DNA of 63,170 nucleotides, counting the filler, from Octopus bimaculoides (Eukaryota), in the NCBI RefSeq assembly GCF_001194135.2. It is 8 parts of 8 records of this genome, joined end to end, with 100 filler letters (N's around TTAATTAATTAA, not from the genome) between each part and the next. Parts side by side here need not be neighbours in the genome. Positions count along the whole stretch, not along the records: positions 38,190 to 52,662 come from NC_069000.1; 7 more parts are not named here. One strand, given 5' to 3'. Shown here piece by piece: positions 38,831-51,715 of the stretch; within the stretch, counting starts at the first letter, position 1, and every line of letters starts with the position of its first letter. The translations under genes were made by a program, and so were the position numbers. The notes under the pieces were generated by a model that saw only the letters and a list, made by a program, of their open reading frames with translations, ran no database searches and was not told the DNA's origin.

Positions 38831-38934
38831 GCACACACACACACGCGCGCACGCGCGTATATAATATATATATATATGTATCTTCTGGTAAGCGGTGTCG
38901 ATTTTATAGTTGTGTAGATAATAATAATTATATC

Positions 38935-39051
38935 TTATAAGCTTAACGCGATCAGCATGCATTGACTGAGGTAAATAGACTAATATTGGGGCATATAAAG
39001 CCTCTGCATTGGACTATTTACCTTTGTCAATGCATGGTGATTGCCTTAAGC

Positions 39052-39057
<6 letters not shown>
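38935..39057. repeat. Imperfect 50-bp inverted repeat with 23-nt spacer (hairpin MITE-like)
   Basis: 38935-38984 vs reverse complement of 39008-39057: 43/50 identical by my count. Confidence 0.85.
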
Positions 39058-39083
<26 letters not shown>

Positions 39084-39315
39084 CTTATGTACATAATATA
39101 TNNNNNNNNNNNNNNNNNNNNNNNNNNNNNNNNNNNNNNNNNNNNNNNNNNNNNNNNNNNNNNNNNNNNNNNNNNNNNNNNNNNNNNNNNNNNNNNNNNN
39201 NNNNNNNNNNNNNNNNNNNNNNNNNNNNNNNNNNNNNNNNNNNNNNNNNNNNNNNNNNNNNNNNNNNNNNNNNNNNNNNNNNNNNNNNNNNNNNTATATA
39301 TACATAATATATGAT

Positions 39316-39470
39316 GGTCTTCTTTCAGTTTCTGTCTACCAAATCCACTCACAACGTTTTAGTCAGCTCGAGGTTATTGCGTAGAAGACACTTGTCCAAT
39401 GTGCCACGCAGTGGGACTGAACCCAGAACCATGTGGCTTGGATGCAAGCTTCTTAGTACTCAGACATGCC
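39316..39470 (-). mobile_element. SINE family A 5' half
   Basis: Sequence match to other copies. Confidence 0.75.
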
Positions 39471-40699
39471 TTCGCCTTTGGGAAGAAATATGGTCCTTGT
39501 GCTTACGTTAGGATATAGCTGGTTATAATTTTGTTAACTCCCTAAATGTTTACAAGTCTAAACTCGGGAGAAAAGGAACGAAACTAAACTGCTTACGCAG
39601 CTGCCCGTCTCCCTGTTTGTCATTTTTGATGACCCTTATTATTATTTTTTGTATTCTTTAAGTGGAAAGGATTTGCTAAGGGGCCATTTGTTAATAGTGC
39701 TCTGCGTTTAAATAAGCAGCTGTTGGTGGTGGTGGTGTTAGGCCATCATTAATCCAGCAAGCCTATGATCGGAAGCATCCCGACTGTGATCAGTCGCTCA
39801 ATCTAACTATACGTACGATTCCATTATCCAGTGTTTTTGTACCTTTCACAAAATCGCAGGGCGGGATTTCTAGCAGATTTGGCTGCTATCTTCAGCAGGT
39901 TCAGCGACCACACAGAGGTGCATTTAGAAAGCGGTAAATGAAATGGGTGTGGTACTTTTATTGATTATATCTCCTGTACATTGTCACCGGAAGTGAGAAG
40001 GGTGGGTTTGTTTTATTAAATAGCTCTTTCAAGACAAAAGTCGCATGACACCCATTTCACTCTTCAATGAATGCTGTCACTCCCATCAAATCAATCCTAT
40101 CGACTTATATATCTCTTGTTCATCCCAATCCCTCCTTAATCTCGCCTTTCTCCTCACCCATAATCACAAGAGGCGGACAAAAATATATATAAATACATAA
40201 ATAAAAACAACCACACCTTATCTTCAACGGAAGATTAAAAAAAAAAAACGAATCCCCCCCCCCCCCAAAAAAAAATACTGGTAACTACAAGGGATCCAGT
40301 GATGGTTTGTGACAGTAAAAACGCAGGTCAAAGAGTTCAGAAAATAAAATTTTGCTTTCGTCGTTGTTTAACTTCAGCCCACTCCCTGACTTAAACTTTT
40401 GAGTATAGGAATTCAAGCTGCAAGCCTATCCCATTTGAGTATTACATTATCCACTAAGTCATTTTCTTCTATTTTTTAAGACTGTATGGAATAATACGAG
40501 GGAGACTTGGCTGCTATTTCCAGCATGTATAGACTTCCTCGTTGGCCGATATGTCTGCGTGTCAAGAGATGTGGGGGCGAGAAAATGAGATCTTCAGCAG
40601 TGTTCCACTTCACAGTTTCAAATACATCAAGCAGACAGATGAATATCTTTATATACATAGACTTCACAGGCGTGCTATCTCTTCCCTCTGCGTTTAGGA

Positions 40700-41900
40700 T
40701 ACTTCAATTGTAGTAACCAGCTCCATTCAGATTTTTCCGTCTTATTAGTCTCTCCTTTTCTCGTCACAAATATTGAGTCATCCTATCCCTAATCTCTGCA
40801 TTATGCCTTGCCCTGTCCCTCGAAAATATCAACCCTCTAATATTCCTTTTGTTCGTATGCTGTTTAAGGATACATCTGTTTTTAGTCCATCGTATTTTCT
40901 ATCCATTTTTTTTTCTTCTTCGACATTCTGCTCTTCAAGTATTTGCTATATTCCAATCCATCGCAATGTTACAGTAATCAATATATCCCTTGCACCTCAG
41001 ATATGTGACTCTATCAGATCTTGGTTCGATATTCAAAGGATGATGAAATTCAATAAATTTATTAATCCCTCCTGTTTATTATTGTTCTTTGAGGCACATC
41101 ATTGTAGTGTTGACTGGAGCATCATTGCCGCTTCAAAGCGGGTTCATGGCCTCACCCTTTTTAAATATTCACTTCTTTGGGAGATGGGGGGGGGGCTTCC
41201 TTTTTCTTCCTTCTGTTTTTGCATTCACCTCGACAATTTGGAAACTTCACTCCATTATCTATCCCTCATCATATGATGATGAAGGAGTGCTATTTGTTGC
41301 TATTGTCGGGGAACGAAGGTACTTGCACCTTTGTTTGTAGGACCGAGCTCAAGGCGACCGCCACCACAATTTCTATAGCTGTCACTAAAAGTGCTCGGGA
41401 AACTGGTTCTGCCGATTTTGTTGCCGCCTCAGGAGCTGTCCGCTGTTTTCTCTTCCCTCTACTTTTCTGCTGTTCCCATTTCTTAACGGAAAAAAAAGGC
41501 CTTGAAGTTATTCTGTTTTACAACTACATGTGCCACAAATAGGCCCTTTGCCATGCACTAACAATCCTATGCTCTTCATTTTGGCGAGACGAAGTGCATA
41601 TGACTAATAGCGTTGGCTCCAGTATAGTTTTGTGACTTTTTTGTTGGGGTGGGGTCAGTGCTTACAAGCCCACTCTGACTCCTCCTGAGCATATCTGGCC
41701 TACATCAGTTTTCTATGTGACTTCTGAAATTTTCTACTCTTACATCAGTTGTGTTTTGATTATGTCCACGAGCCAGAAAATACTGTAGACGCCCTATAAG
41801 CCTCACAGTCGAGAAAATTTCTCTCGATATTTCATGGAGCGTTTCTTCCACTTTCTGTGTAGACTCCAATCTCCCATCTCAAGGTACAGAAACATTCTTT
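40700..41900 (-). mobile_element. Possible heavily degraded L1/Tx1-like ORF1
   Basis: Minus-strand fragments QYFLARG..TTDVR, LVHGKGPICGTC and WSEVSK parallel the motif order in the 32080-32950 ORF1; many stops. Confidence 0.35.
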
Positions 41901-42129
41901 TCCATGTTGTCCGTTCTTGGGTTAGATTCCGTGGGGTAAAGAGATACTATTTGGCTTAACACAATTATCCCAGTCAATCTTTTTTATTATTTATTTAAAT
42001 TTTTGTAGATCTTGAAAAATCGAAAACCCCCGTCTATATCACAGGCAGACAAAAATTAACTCTTCTAACTATTATCGAATATATTTGTCTGTGTGCTGGC
42101 TTGTCATTGTTATTGTTTTCACTGCTATC

Positions 42130-42245
42130 AGAAGGATGAAATGCAATGTCGACCTCAGCACAATTTGAACTCAGAACGTAAAAACAGACGAAATGTCGGT
42201 AAACATATTGTCCGGCAAGTTAACGACTCTGCCAGCTGGTAGTCT
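42130..42245 (-). mobile_element. SINE family B 5' part
   Basis: AGGATGAAATGCAATGTCGACCTC...TTTGAACTCAGAACGTAA. Confidence 0.75.
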
Positions 42246-43700
42246 TAATTACTTCGTAAGTTAAAAGTTCTTTTATAAAGGCTCTAAAGACAAATTGTTC
42301 TTTTGTCTGCATCCCGAAAGACGGGAACAGACATCTACAAGTAATGCTATTGTCAAATACTCTAAAGAAAACATTGCAGTCACAAAATATTGTACAACTT
42401 TAAAATATTGCACCATCGAAACTACACTGTACCACAAACTACTGGAACGTTCAAATAATGTACCACCAAATTATGCTTATCCTCCAAAGTACTGAATCAC
42501 TTAAATATACTGTTATAGTTAAATGTTACACCAGAATTATGTATAAATATCTGCAATCATTCATTTAAACGGCTTACACGTTTACAGAGACCTTTTGCTA
42601 CTATTTTCTTCTGTCTATTTGGAGTACTCTCGTGGTAAAAGCAGTTATATATATATATGTATATATATATATTGTGTGTATGTGTGTGTATGTGTGTGTT
42701 TGTGTGTGTGTATGTGTGTGTGNNNNNNNNNNNNNNNNNNNNNNNNNNNNNNNNNNNNNNNNNNNNNNNNNNNNNNNNNNNNNNNNNNNNNNNNNNNNNN
42801 NNNNNNNNNNNNNNNNNNNNNNNNNNNNNNNNNNNNNNNNNNNNNNNNNNNNNNNNNNNNNNNNNNNNNNNNNNNNNNNNNNNNNNNNNNNNNNTGTGTA
42901 TGTAATGTATATATTAGCATAGGTATACTCACATACGTATGTATATACATATATGAATAAATGTGTGTGTGTGTATGTGTGTGTTTGTACATTTAATTAT
43001 GTAATTGCATACGAGTATGCAAGCATGTGTGTGTAATCTTTTTGTTAGAAAACAAAACCTCTGTGGTTAGATATTGATAATATAATTAGTAGCTTAGTAA
43101 CGAGCACACAGCATTAAAATAGGGTCCCTAGGGTATATAATAATAGGATCATTGTATTAGGCCTTTAATAGTGTATTAACGCTGCATTAAAACCAACCCC
43201 TTGATGCCATTAATGTATCATTAATGTTGCCCTCTCAATGCATGAAATGTACCCCTAAAATAACCTCACTTAGAGTCTACAAATATAATTAAATAAACCC
43301 TTAAGGTTAGTGATACAGCATCAACTTACCCCGTATTCCTCTTTAAGGTTATGAATATATCAGTATAGATTTAGCTCCCTTGTTTGAAAATATATAACAT
43401 TAGTACATTCATGCGGGATTTAAGGGCAGTGGATTGGCAGTCTATAGAATGGCGGATAAAATGCCTTGTATCATTTTGTTATGTTCATTTACATCCTGAG
43501 TATAAATCCCGTTGCCCTTGTTGTTCGTTCTTCACCTTTCTGGGTTCAAGAAAATAAACACCAGTCATGTAATGGGGTCAATTTAATCTTCGCTTTTTGT
43601 TACCCTTCTCCACCACCTTTCTCTGCTGTTTTGTATGCGACTTTGGCGTTTCGGCGGTGTTTCTTATACAATCATTATATATTAGTAGTCGTTAATTCTT

Positions 43701-43890
43701 AGGCGGTGAGCTGTCAGAATCGTTAACACGCTGTCATTATGCTCTGAGTTCAAATTCCGCCTACATCGACTTTGCCTTTCACCTCTTCGGAGTCAAGAAA
43801 ATAAGTACCAGCTGTGCATTGGCGTCGATGTAATCGACTCGCCTTTTTCAACTAACTTGCTGACCTAGTGTCAGAATTTGAAAGCAATAT
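43701..43890 (+). mobile_element. SINE family B copy
   Basis: Sequence match to other copies. Confidence 0.8.
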
Positions 43891-44542
43891 TTCTTAATCC
43901 CGGAATATTGATAACTGTTGTGATAATGGTGGTGATGCGAGGTTAGCTGTGGTTGTAATGGTGGTGATGGTGGTGATGCTGATGGCATTTGTGGTGTTGG
44001 TTGTAGTTGGGATTTTAGTGGTGTTTGGTTATGGTAATAGTAGTGGTTGCTGTTGTCATGATGGTGATTATATTGGTAAGTCTGTTGTTGTTGAGGTGAT
44101 GGTGGTAGTGTTTTTTACGAGAGAAAGTACTCGTGAGAGGGTACATAGGCACAGAAGAATAGATAGAAACTTTAAAATAGCATGTGAGAGTAGTAGAGTA
44201 TGATAGAGGAGAGAAAGAGTGAGAGAGAGAGAGAGAGAGAGAAATGGTATGGTGTGGCGCAGGGGAGCAACAGAGGTAGTTAGTAAGGGAGGTGGAGAAA
44301 TAAAAAAAAATGCTCAGAGAAAAAGACAATAGTTTGAAATACATTAACGAAGACTTCATGTTCTCAACAACGTCATTTATGATTTAAGATAAGACTGTGA
44401 AATATTTCTTGAAGAGAGAAAAGACTTAATAATTATGGATTAAAGAAATGAAGTAGGATGAGAAGATCTTAGCACTTTTGCGTCTCAGATTGAAGACTTT
44501 TCATTCTCGTAACTTGGATTTAATCAGAATAAATGTGTAGCT

Positions 44543-44849
44543 CAGTGATTCCCAACGTGGGATATAAGCCCCACAGGTGGGGCCCACAAAAATTGTGGTA
44601 GGGCGTGGTGTCGTAGTCACCAGGTACAAGATTCTCATTAAGGTGATTCACTTTTTTTCTCTTAGTCCATAATGTACGTTTTTTTTTGTACTTAGTATTT
44701 TATAAAAGAGTTACCAGTAGATTCTTTTGTATTAAATAATTGTGATAAAATATTTAAAATAAAGTTCTTTTTTCAACCACTGGTGGGGCATACATTTTTC
44801 TGGAGAGTTTATAGAGGAGCCTGGGGAGAAAATAGGTTGGCAAACATTG
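44543..44849. mobile_element. hAT (Charlie-like) MITE
   Basis: Imperfect TIRs CAGTGATTCCCAAC / GTTGGCAAACATTG; 8-bp flanks GTGTAGCT / ATCTAGCA (5/8 match, resembling the NTCTAGAN-type target). Confidence 0.65.
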
Positions 44850-45159
44850 ATCTAGCAAAACAGAGGACTTTTTTTTAGACTTACATTGTTTAAAGAAAAC
44901 ATCTAGAGTTGCTTGTCCATTTTAGTCTGTGGAAATCATCTTATCAACAAGTTTATAGCCACAACCACCTTAGTTGAACAGCCGCTAGACTAACTGTCAA
45001 ACATCAATAGCTTTGAGTCACGTCTATACATAGATTTTAAAAAAAATATGTACGATATTCAGCGGAGGAGGAATATTGCCCATTCTTCTTAGGCTGTCCT
45101 AGATTTAAGCCTTCACCAATAGTAAATAAGATCATTAAGGATCGATCTTTCCTTCTTTT

Positions 45160-45485
45160 TTTTTTTACTTGTTTCAGTCTTTGGCATGCGACCATGCTGA
45201 AGCACCACCTTGAAGAGATTAGTCGAATAAATCGATCTCAATGCTTATAAGTCTGGTACTTATTCTATCGGTCTCTTTTGTCGAACCACTTAGTTACATG
45301 GACATAACACACCAACATTGGTTGTCAAGCGATGGTGGGGTACAAACAAAGATACAGAGACACACACACACATAAATATATACATATATACATACGACAG
45401 TCTTTTTTCAGTTTCCGTCTACCAAATCCATTCACAAGGCTTTGGTTGGCCCAAGGCTATAGTAGGTGCCATGCAGTGGGACTGA
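45160..45485 (-). mobile_element. SINE family A copy (runs into gap)
   Basis: Sequence match to other copies. Confidence 0.85.
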
Positions 45486-45898
45486 NNNNNNNNNNNNNNN
45501 NNNNNNNNNNNNNNNNNNNNNNNNNNNNNNNNNNNNNNNNNNNNNNNNNNNNNNNNNNNNNNNNNNNNNNNNNNNNNNNNNNNNNNNNNNNNNNNNNNNN
45601 NNNNNNNNNNNNNNNNNNNNNNNNNNNNNNNNNNNNNNNNNNNNNNNNNNNNNNNNNNNNNNNNNNNNNNNNNNNNNNNNNNNNNNNNNNNNNNNNNNNN
45701 NNNNNNNNNNNNNNNNNNNNNNNNNNNNNNNNNNNNNNNNNNNNNNNNNNNNNNNNNNNNNNNNNNNNNNNNNNNNNNNNNNNNNNNNNNNNNNNNNNNN
45801 NNNNNNNNNNNNNNNNNNNNNNNNNNNNNNNNNNNNNNNNNNNNNNNNNNNNNNNNNNNNNNNNNNNNNNNNNNNNNNNNNNNNNNNNNNNNNNNNNN

Positions 45899-45934
<36 letters not shown>

Positions 45935-46307
45935 CATACACACACACACGCACACGAACACACACTCACATTCATATATATGTGTGTGTTTGTGTGTGTG
46001 TATGTATGAGTATACGTATGGTGTGTGTGTGTGTATTTGTTTTCATCTTTGTGCTTTTTCTGAGCCATCGCTTGACAACCGGTGTTGGTTCATTTAGACC
46101 CCTAAATTAGCAGTTCATCAAATATACACCAATAGAACAAGTATCAGGCTTTAGATAAAAGCACTGGGATCGATTTCTTCGACTAAACCCTGCAATAAAT
46201 CCTCAATATGTCAGCAGTCCAGTGACTGAAATAACCAAAAGATAAAAGATAGGTCGGTCTTCCACGCATACCTTAGGAATGCTAACCCCGGTTCGAAATT
46301 TCCCCAA

Positions 46308-46353
46308 GACACCTGATGAAGGCTGGAGGGTATATCAGCGGAAACGTTGTGTT
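46308..46353 (+). ncRNA. Minimal type-I hammerhead-ribozyme-like motif (Penelope type)
   Basis: GACAC-CUGAUGA-A-GGCUG(GAGGGUAUAU)CAGCG-GAAAC-GUU-GUGUU; stem I GACAC/GUGUU, palindromic ACGU helix III; G-G mismatch at the 10.1/11.1 pair. Confidence 0.6.
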
Positions 46354-46449
46354 AACAACAAACAAGATGAGGACAAATATCCGTCAAATGTAAATAATGT
46401 AAATCATGTTCATAATTCCTCATCTCTTAAATATAGAACTGTAAGAGCA

Positions 46450-46560
46450 TAAGGCCTGAAATCTGGAGGTAGAAGACCAGTCGATTACATCGACCCCAGT
46501 ACTCAATTGGTTCTCAATTTATCGACCCTGAAAGGCAAATTCGACCTCGGCGGAATTTAA
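46450..46560 (-). mobile_element. SINE family B 3' part
   Basis: GTCGATTACATCGACCCCAGTACTCAATTGGT...GAAAGGCAAATTCGACCTCGGCGGAATTT. Confidence 0.8.
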
Positions 46561-47586
46561 TAATAAGGTAATAATAATGTTAGGTTAGTTTCATTATGTC
46601 TTTACGCCAAAGTGACCTGATCAGCTTTCAGATGTTATCAAAGCCAATCTTCTTGCTATTAATTTCACGAATGTTTTAATCCTTTATTTACCTTTGCAGT
46701 TGCAAGATAGAAATAATTCTACTTCTATATTTCTCAACTATTTTCAGGGAATTAACTGTTAATTAATGCAGACTCTCAGTTTACCACTAGAAGAAAAGTA
46801 CGGATGAAGTGGAGGAAGGGGAGTAGGAGTCAGAAGAGAAAAAGAGGAGAAGAAGGAAGTAGAAGGAATAAATGAAGAAAAGGAAGAAACGTTTGCTACT
46901 ATGTCCAACTTAAGGTATGTCTACAAAGTTTTTTTTTTTCTTGGATTGGGTATTTGAACCTTGGAGATAACATCTAAGGACAGTTCATTATTTGTAATTA
47001 CAAAGGTAATTAGTTGTTCTGGTGAGAAGATTACTCTCAGCATTACGGTTTTTCTTTGGATTTGTGATTAACGTGATGGAGTTGTTGTAAAGTGTTTGCT
47101 TTAAGACACCATATTTAAATATTTAGAAGAAAATCCATTCCTCGTATCAACATTCACATGTACGTTCGCATTGCGATGTGTGTGCATGAGAGAGATAAAG
47201 AGAGAGAAAGAAGGCGGGAGAGAGAAAGAGAGAAAGAGAAACGGAAAGATTAAGACATCATTCATGGAGAGACAAGAAAATAGTGTATTCTTCTGTGACG
47301 CGGGAGACAAAACCCTCGGCAAAATAACAGAATAGAAATACTACGCAGCATACATGGAGCAAGAGGTTTTTTGGACTGTCTGAATTGGTCACTGGGATCA
47401 AATACGGAGCCCACTCGTCACTAACTAGAGCGTCTTTATCAAGAACATGACGTTTTTTGTTTTTCAGAGGATCTAGACGATCCGCCCCCAGAAAATTTCA
47501 AACGAGAGGTCACCAACTGATTCATTTAAGCTAGCCATATCAAGTTTAATCTCTCTTACTTAGTTGCACACGTACTCACTCATTAG

Positions 47587-47620
<34 letters not shown>

Positions 47621-49510
47621 TAATCGCGCGTGCGCAAGAAAGGTCTTAATTGGGTAGGCTTAAACTAGATTCTCATGATGAAATTAAAGATTAGACTGGG
47701 TTCTTATGATACGTGATATGTGATTAGATACGAAAGATTGATATGACAGATGATACCTATTTTCTTACAGATATTTTAATCTGAGACGATAAGCATGCTA
47801 GTTTATATACATAAATACTTACATGCATATATACATACACACATTCACATGTGTTTTGGTGTCTAAGCATACTTATATACATAAGCGAATACACACATAT
47901 ATATGCATATATGTTTATGCATTTAAATAGGCATACAAATATATGCTCATGCATATAGATATATATACAAATACATATATATATATATATANNNNNNNNN
48001 NNNNNNNNNNNNNNNNNNNNNNNNNNNNNNNNNNNNNNNNNNNNNNNNNNNNNNNNNNNNNNNNNNNNNNNNNNNNNNNNNNNNNNNNNNNNNNNNNNNN
48101 NNNNNNNNNNNNNNNNNNNNNNNNNNNNNNNNNNNNNNNNNNNNNNNNNNNNNNNNNNNNNNNNNNNNNNNNNNNNNNNNNNNNNNNNNNNNNNNNNNNN
48201 NNNNNNNNNNNNNNNNNNNNNNNNNNNNNNNNNNNNNNNNNNNNNNNNNNNNNNNNNNNNNNNNNNNNNNNNNNNNNNNNNNNNNNNNNNNNNNNNNNNN
48301 NNNNNNNNNNNNNNNNNNNNNNNNNNNNNNNNNNNNNNNNNNNNNNNNNNNNNNNNNNNNNNNNNNNNNNNNNNNNNNNNNNNNNNNNNNNNNNNNNNNN
48401 NNNNNNNNNNNNNNNNNNNNNNNNNNNNNNNNNNNNNNNNNNNNNNNNNNNNNNNNNNNNNNNNNNNNNNNNNNNNNNNNNNNNNNNNNNNNNNNNNNNN
48501 NNNNNNNNNNNNNNNNNNNNNNNNNNNNNNNNNNNNNNNNNNNNNNNNNNNNNNNNNNNNNNNNNNNNNNNNNNNNNNNNNNNNNNNNNNNNNNNNNNNN
48601 NNNNNNNNNNNNNNNNNNNNNNNNNNNNNNNNNNNNNNNNNNNNNNNNNNNNNNNNNNNNNNNNNNNNNNNNNNNNNNNNNNNNNNNNNNNNNNNNNNNN
48701 NNNNNNNNNNNNNNNNNNNNNNNNNNNNNNNNNNNNNNNNNNNNNNNNNNNNNNNNNNNNNNNNNNNNNNNNNNNNNNNNNNNNNNNNNNNNNNNNNNNN
48801 NNNNNNNNNNNNNNNNNNNNNNNNNNNNNNNNNNNNNNNNNNNNNNNNNNNNNNNNNNNNNNNNNNNNNNNNNNNNNNNNNNNNNNNNNNNNNNNNNNNN
48901 NNNNNNNNNNNNNNNNNNNNNNNNNNNNNNNNNNNNNNNATAATTTCCAATACCTTAATATTAGCATATATTTTATGTTGAAAATGTAAACCAACATTGA
49001 AATAGGATCAAATCAGTGTATTTTCATTTTATCACTGAAGAAAAAATATATCCAAGTGTTTGCTTTGCTTTTGTGTGTGTCTGCGGAAGAGTGTGCGTGA
49101 ACAGCATATAATTGTATATGGAATCGAGAGGACCAGAGAGTTAGATAGGCCAGGGAAGGTTAAATATGCATAGATAAAAGAATATAAAATGGTGCATCAG
49201 ACAAGAAAAATAGTTGGTGATACATACACATAGATATGCAGGTAAAGCAGATGGGTAGATGAATGGACACGCAGACAGGCAGACATCCAAATGAATGGAT
49301 AAAAATTGCAATTGATAAAAATATAGATGAAGATAGACGGGTAGGCATACAGAAGCAGGTTATAAGACAGACATGTTATACAGAGCAAACCGTTACACGG
49401 TATAGAAACGAGAGAAACATAATCAACATTCACACACATGCAAACATAATTAATGTGAATATTTACACATGCATCTCCACATATAAATACTTATGTATGT
49501 ATGTATGTAT

Positions 49511-49897
49511 TGTGGAGGCGCAATGGCCCGGTGGTTAGGGCAGCGGACTCGCGGTCATAGGATCGCGGTTTCGATTCCTAGACCGGGCGTTGTGAGTGTT
49601 TATTGAGCGAAAACATAAAGCTCCACGAGGCCCCCGCAGGGGATTGTGGCGAACCCTGCTGTAGTCTTTTACCACAACTTTCTCTCACTCTTACTTCCTG
49701 TTTCTGTTGTACCTGTATTTCAAAGGGCCAGCCTTGTCACACTGTGTCACGCTGAATATCCCCGAGAACTACGTTAAGGGTACATGTGTCTGTGGAGTGC
49801 TCAGCCACTTGCACGTTAATTTCACGAGCAGGCTGTTCCATTGATCTGATCAACTGGAACCCTCGACATCGTAAGCGACGGAGTGCCAACAACAACA
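49511..49897 (+). mobile_element. SINE family C, near-complete
   Basis: tRNA-like head TGTGGAGGCGCAATGGCCCGGTGGTTAGGGCAGCGGACTCGCGG...GGTTTCGATTCC; (AAC)n tail; matches 17928-18304. Confidence 0.9.
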
Positions 49898-50562
49898 ATG
49901 TATGTATGTACGTACGTACGTACATATATATATATTTGTGTGTGTGTGTGTGTGTGTGTGTAATGCGTGAGTATATAGGAATAACTTATCCAGGCGGGTA
50001 CCGCAAGAGCTCTCAGGTACAGTCCAGCTTTCGGTAAATCTCACCAACTAGTAAGAAGCAGCAAGGATCGCTTAGGGTGTACAATCTCACTGTAAATTCT
50101 TCCGAGGAGTCAATCCGGGTTCGCTTCGTTGGAGTGTAAATCCAAAACAATTACAAAGAGTACATCTTCAAATATGACTTTTAGCTTTGATTTTATTATA
50201 CAGCGTAATTTTTTATCTCGGTTGCATATGCAACTGCACATTCCTTATGCAGCAGAAAGACGTGTCGGTCATTTTAACTAATCATGCTGTAAAATTAACA
50301 ATCAAAATTAAAAGAAAAAAAATTGAAGATGTACCAGTCTCCATATACTCTGTAATTATTTTGGATTTATTTGTGTGGGGTGGGGGTGGGGGATACACAC
50401 ACACATTTGTTTATATCTACANNNNNNNNNNNNNNNNNNNNNNNNNNNNNNNNNNNNNNNNNNNNNNNNNNNNNNNNNNNNNNNNNNNNNNNNNNNNNNN
50501 NNNNNNNNNNNNNNNNNNNNNNNNNNNNNNNNNNNNNNNNNNNNNNNNNNNNNNNNNNNNNN

Positions 50563-50595
<33 letters not shown>

Positions 50596-50779
50596 GAACA
50601 TTCGCTGCATCATTCTATTATTCTATCATTATTCAAAGTCTCACACTCGAAAATAAACGCGAGTGCGATGGTCAGAAAAACATGATCAATCCATAAGCTA
50701 TCAGGTAGGGTGATTGTGATTGGTCAAATTGAGTCGAATGTTTTGTAGGATGTAGGCGACTGGTTCACTGAGCTGCAAA

Positions 50780-51715
50780 GGGAGCTTACCCAGTAGTAAA
50801 AGAATACGACTTAAACATAACAATTTCACACTAAATTAACAACGGTGAACTTTAAATCAGGCAAACACTCCTTATAGAAAGCCAAATGAGGATATGACAT
50901 ACTTCAACAAAAGAACCCAAATAACCACCAACCATATCTTGTAACCGGACTAATTGAAAGTATTTCTTACCTATCCTCCAACAAAGACGCTTTTAATTAA
51001 ATCGCCCCTACTATAATGATGTTCTTGTCCAAAGAGGTTTCAGGGAGAAGCTGGTATACATGGAAAATTCTCCATATTTTCCACACAAGAGAAGAACCAG
51101 GAAGGTCATCTGCTTTAATCCACCATGTAACTTGGATGTTATCAAAAATATGCCTTGGAACTTTCTAGCTCTACCAAGACAACACCTCTTACCGATGCAC
51201 AAATGCAATAATCTTTGGAACACAGTATTAAGATTTGCTATTCCTATCTGGACAAAATCGTTTTCCTGATTACGGAACAATAATCAAAAGCATTCATCTA
51301 CGAAGTCCTCACAGTAAGAATCAACTTGTAATTGTGTGAACATCTGTCACCCTACTCACTTAAGGAATTCTGTCTATTCGAAATAGTTCGATATAAATCA
51401 CTCATACTCGGACACAGTTATAAGAAATTATACGGAATTTACTGCTATTGCTATTTCTGCCGGCATCTTAAACCATTTTGGTTAACGAATAGGTAAAATT
51501 CCATCTCCCTTTCCAGGTTCATCTGTAAATTCAGAGACCATGGATACGAATAATTATCAATAATGTTGAGTTCAATCGGTTATAAAACTGCAAATATCGT
51601 CGAACGGAAAAGTTTCAGATATTAAAAGAGCCAGTGAAATCTCTCAGCCGTAGGTCAGAGGTCTTAGACAGCTGCCATCATCGGGGAAAGTTTCTTCTGA
51701 ATAATTTCCACAAAA
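50780..51715 (+). mobile_element. Degenerate Penelope-like element (RT thumb/C-terminus through GIY-YIG end)
   Basis: Fragments PYRKPN, YYNDVL..RGFREKL, RKVI(C)FNPP(C)NLDV, RSEVLDSCHHRGKFLLNNF. Confidence 0.75.

Noticed and set aside
46893-47510. ATGTCCAACTTAAG|GTATGT plus an acceptor at 47468 as an alternative TRPA start
   Set aside because: The joined frame (MSNLRGSRRSAPRKFQTRG...) stops or needs a weak GTCACC donor in phase 1, incompatible with the phase-0 ankyrin exon.
49511-49585. tRNA-like sequences at the heads of SINE families A, B and C
   Set aside because: They continue into SINE bodies and tails and lack a complete cloverleaf with acceptor stem, so they are not called tRNA genes.
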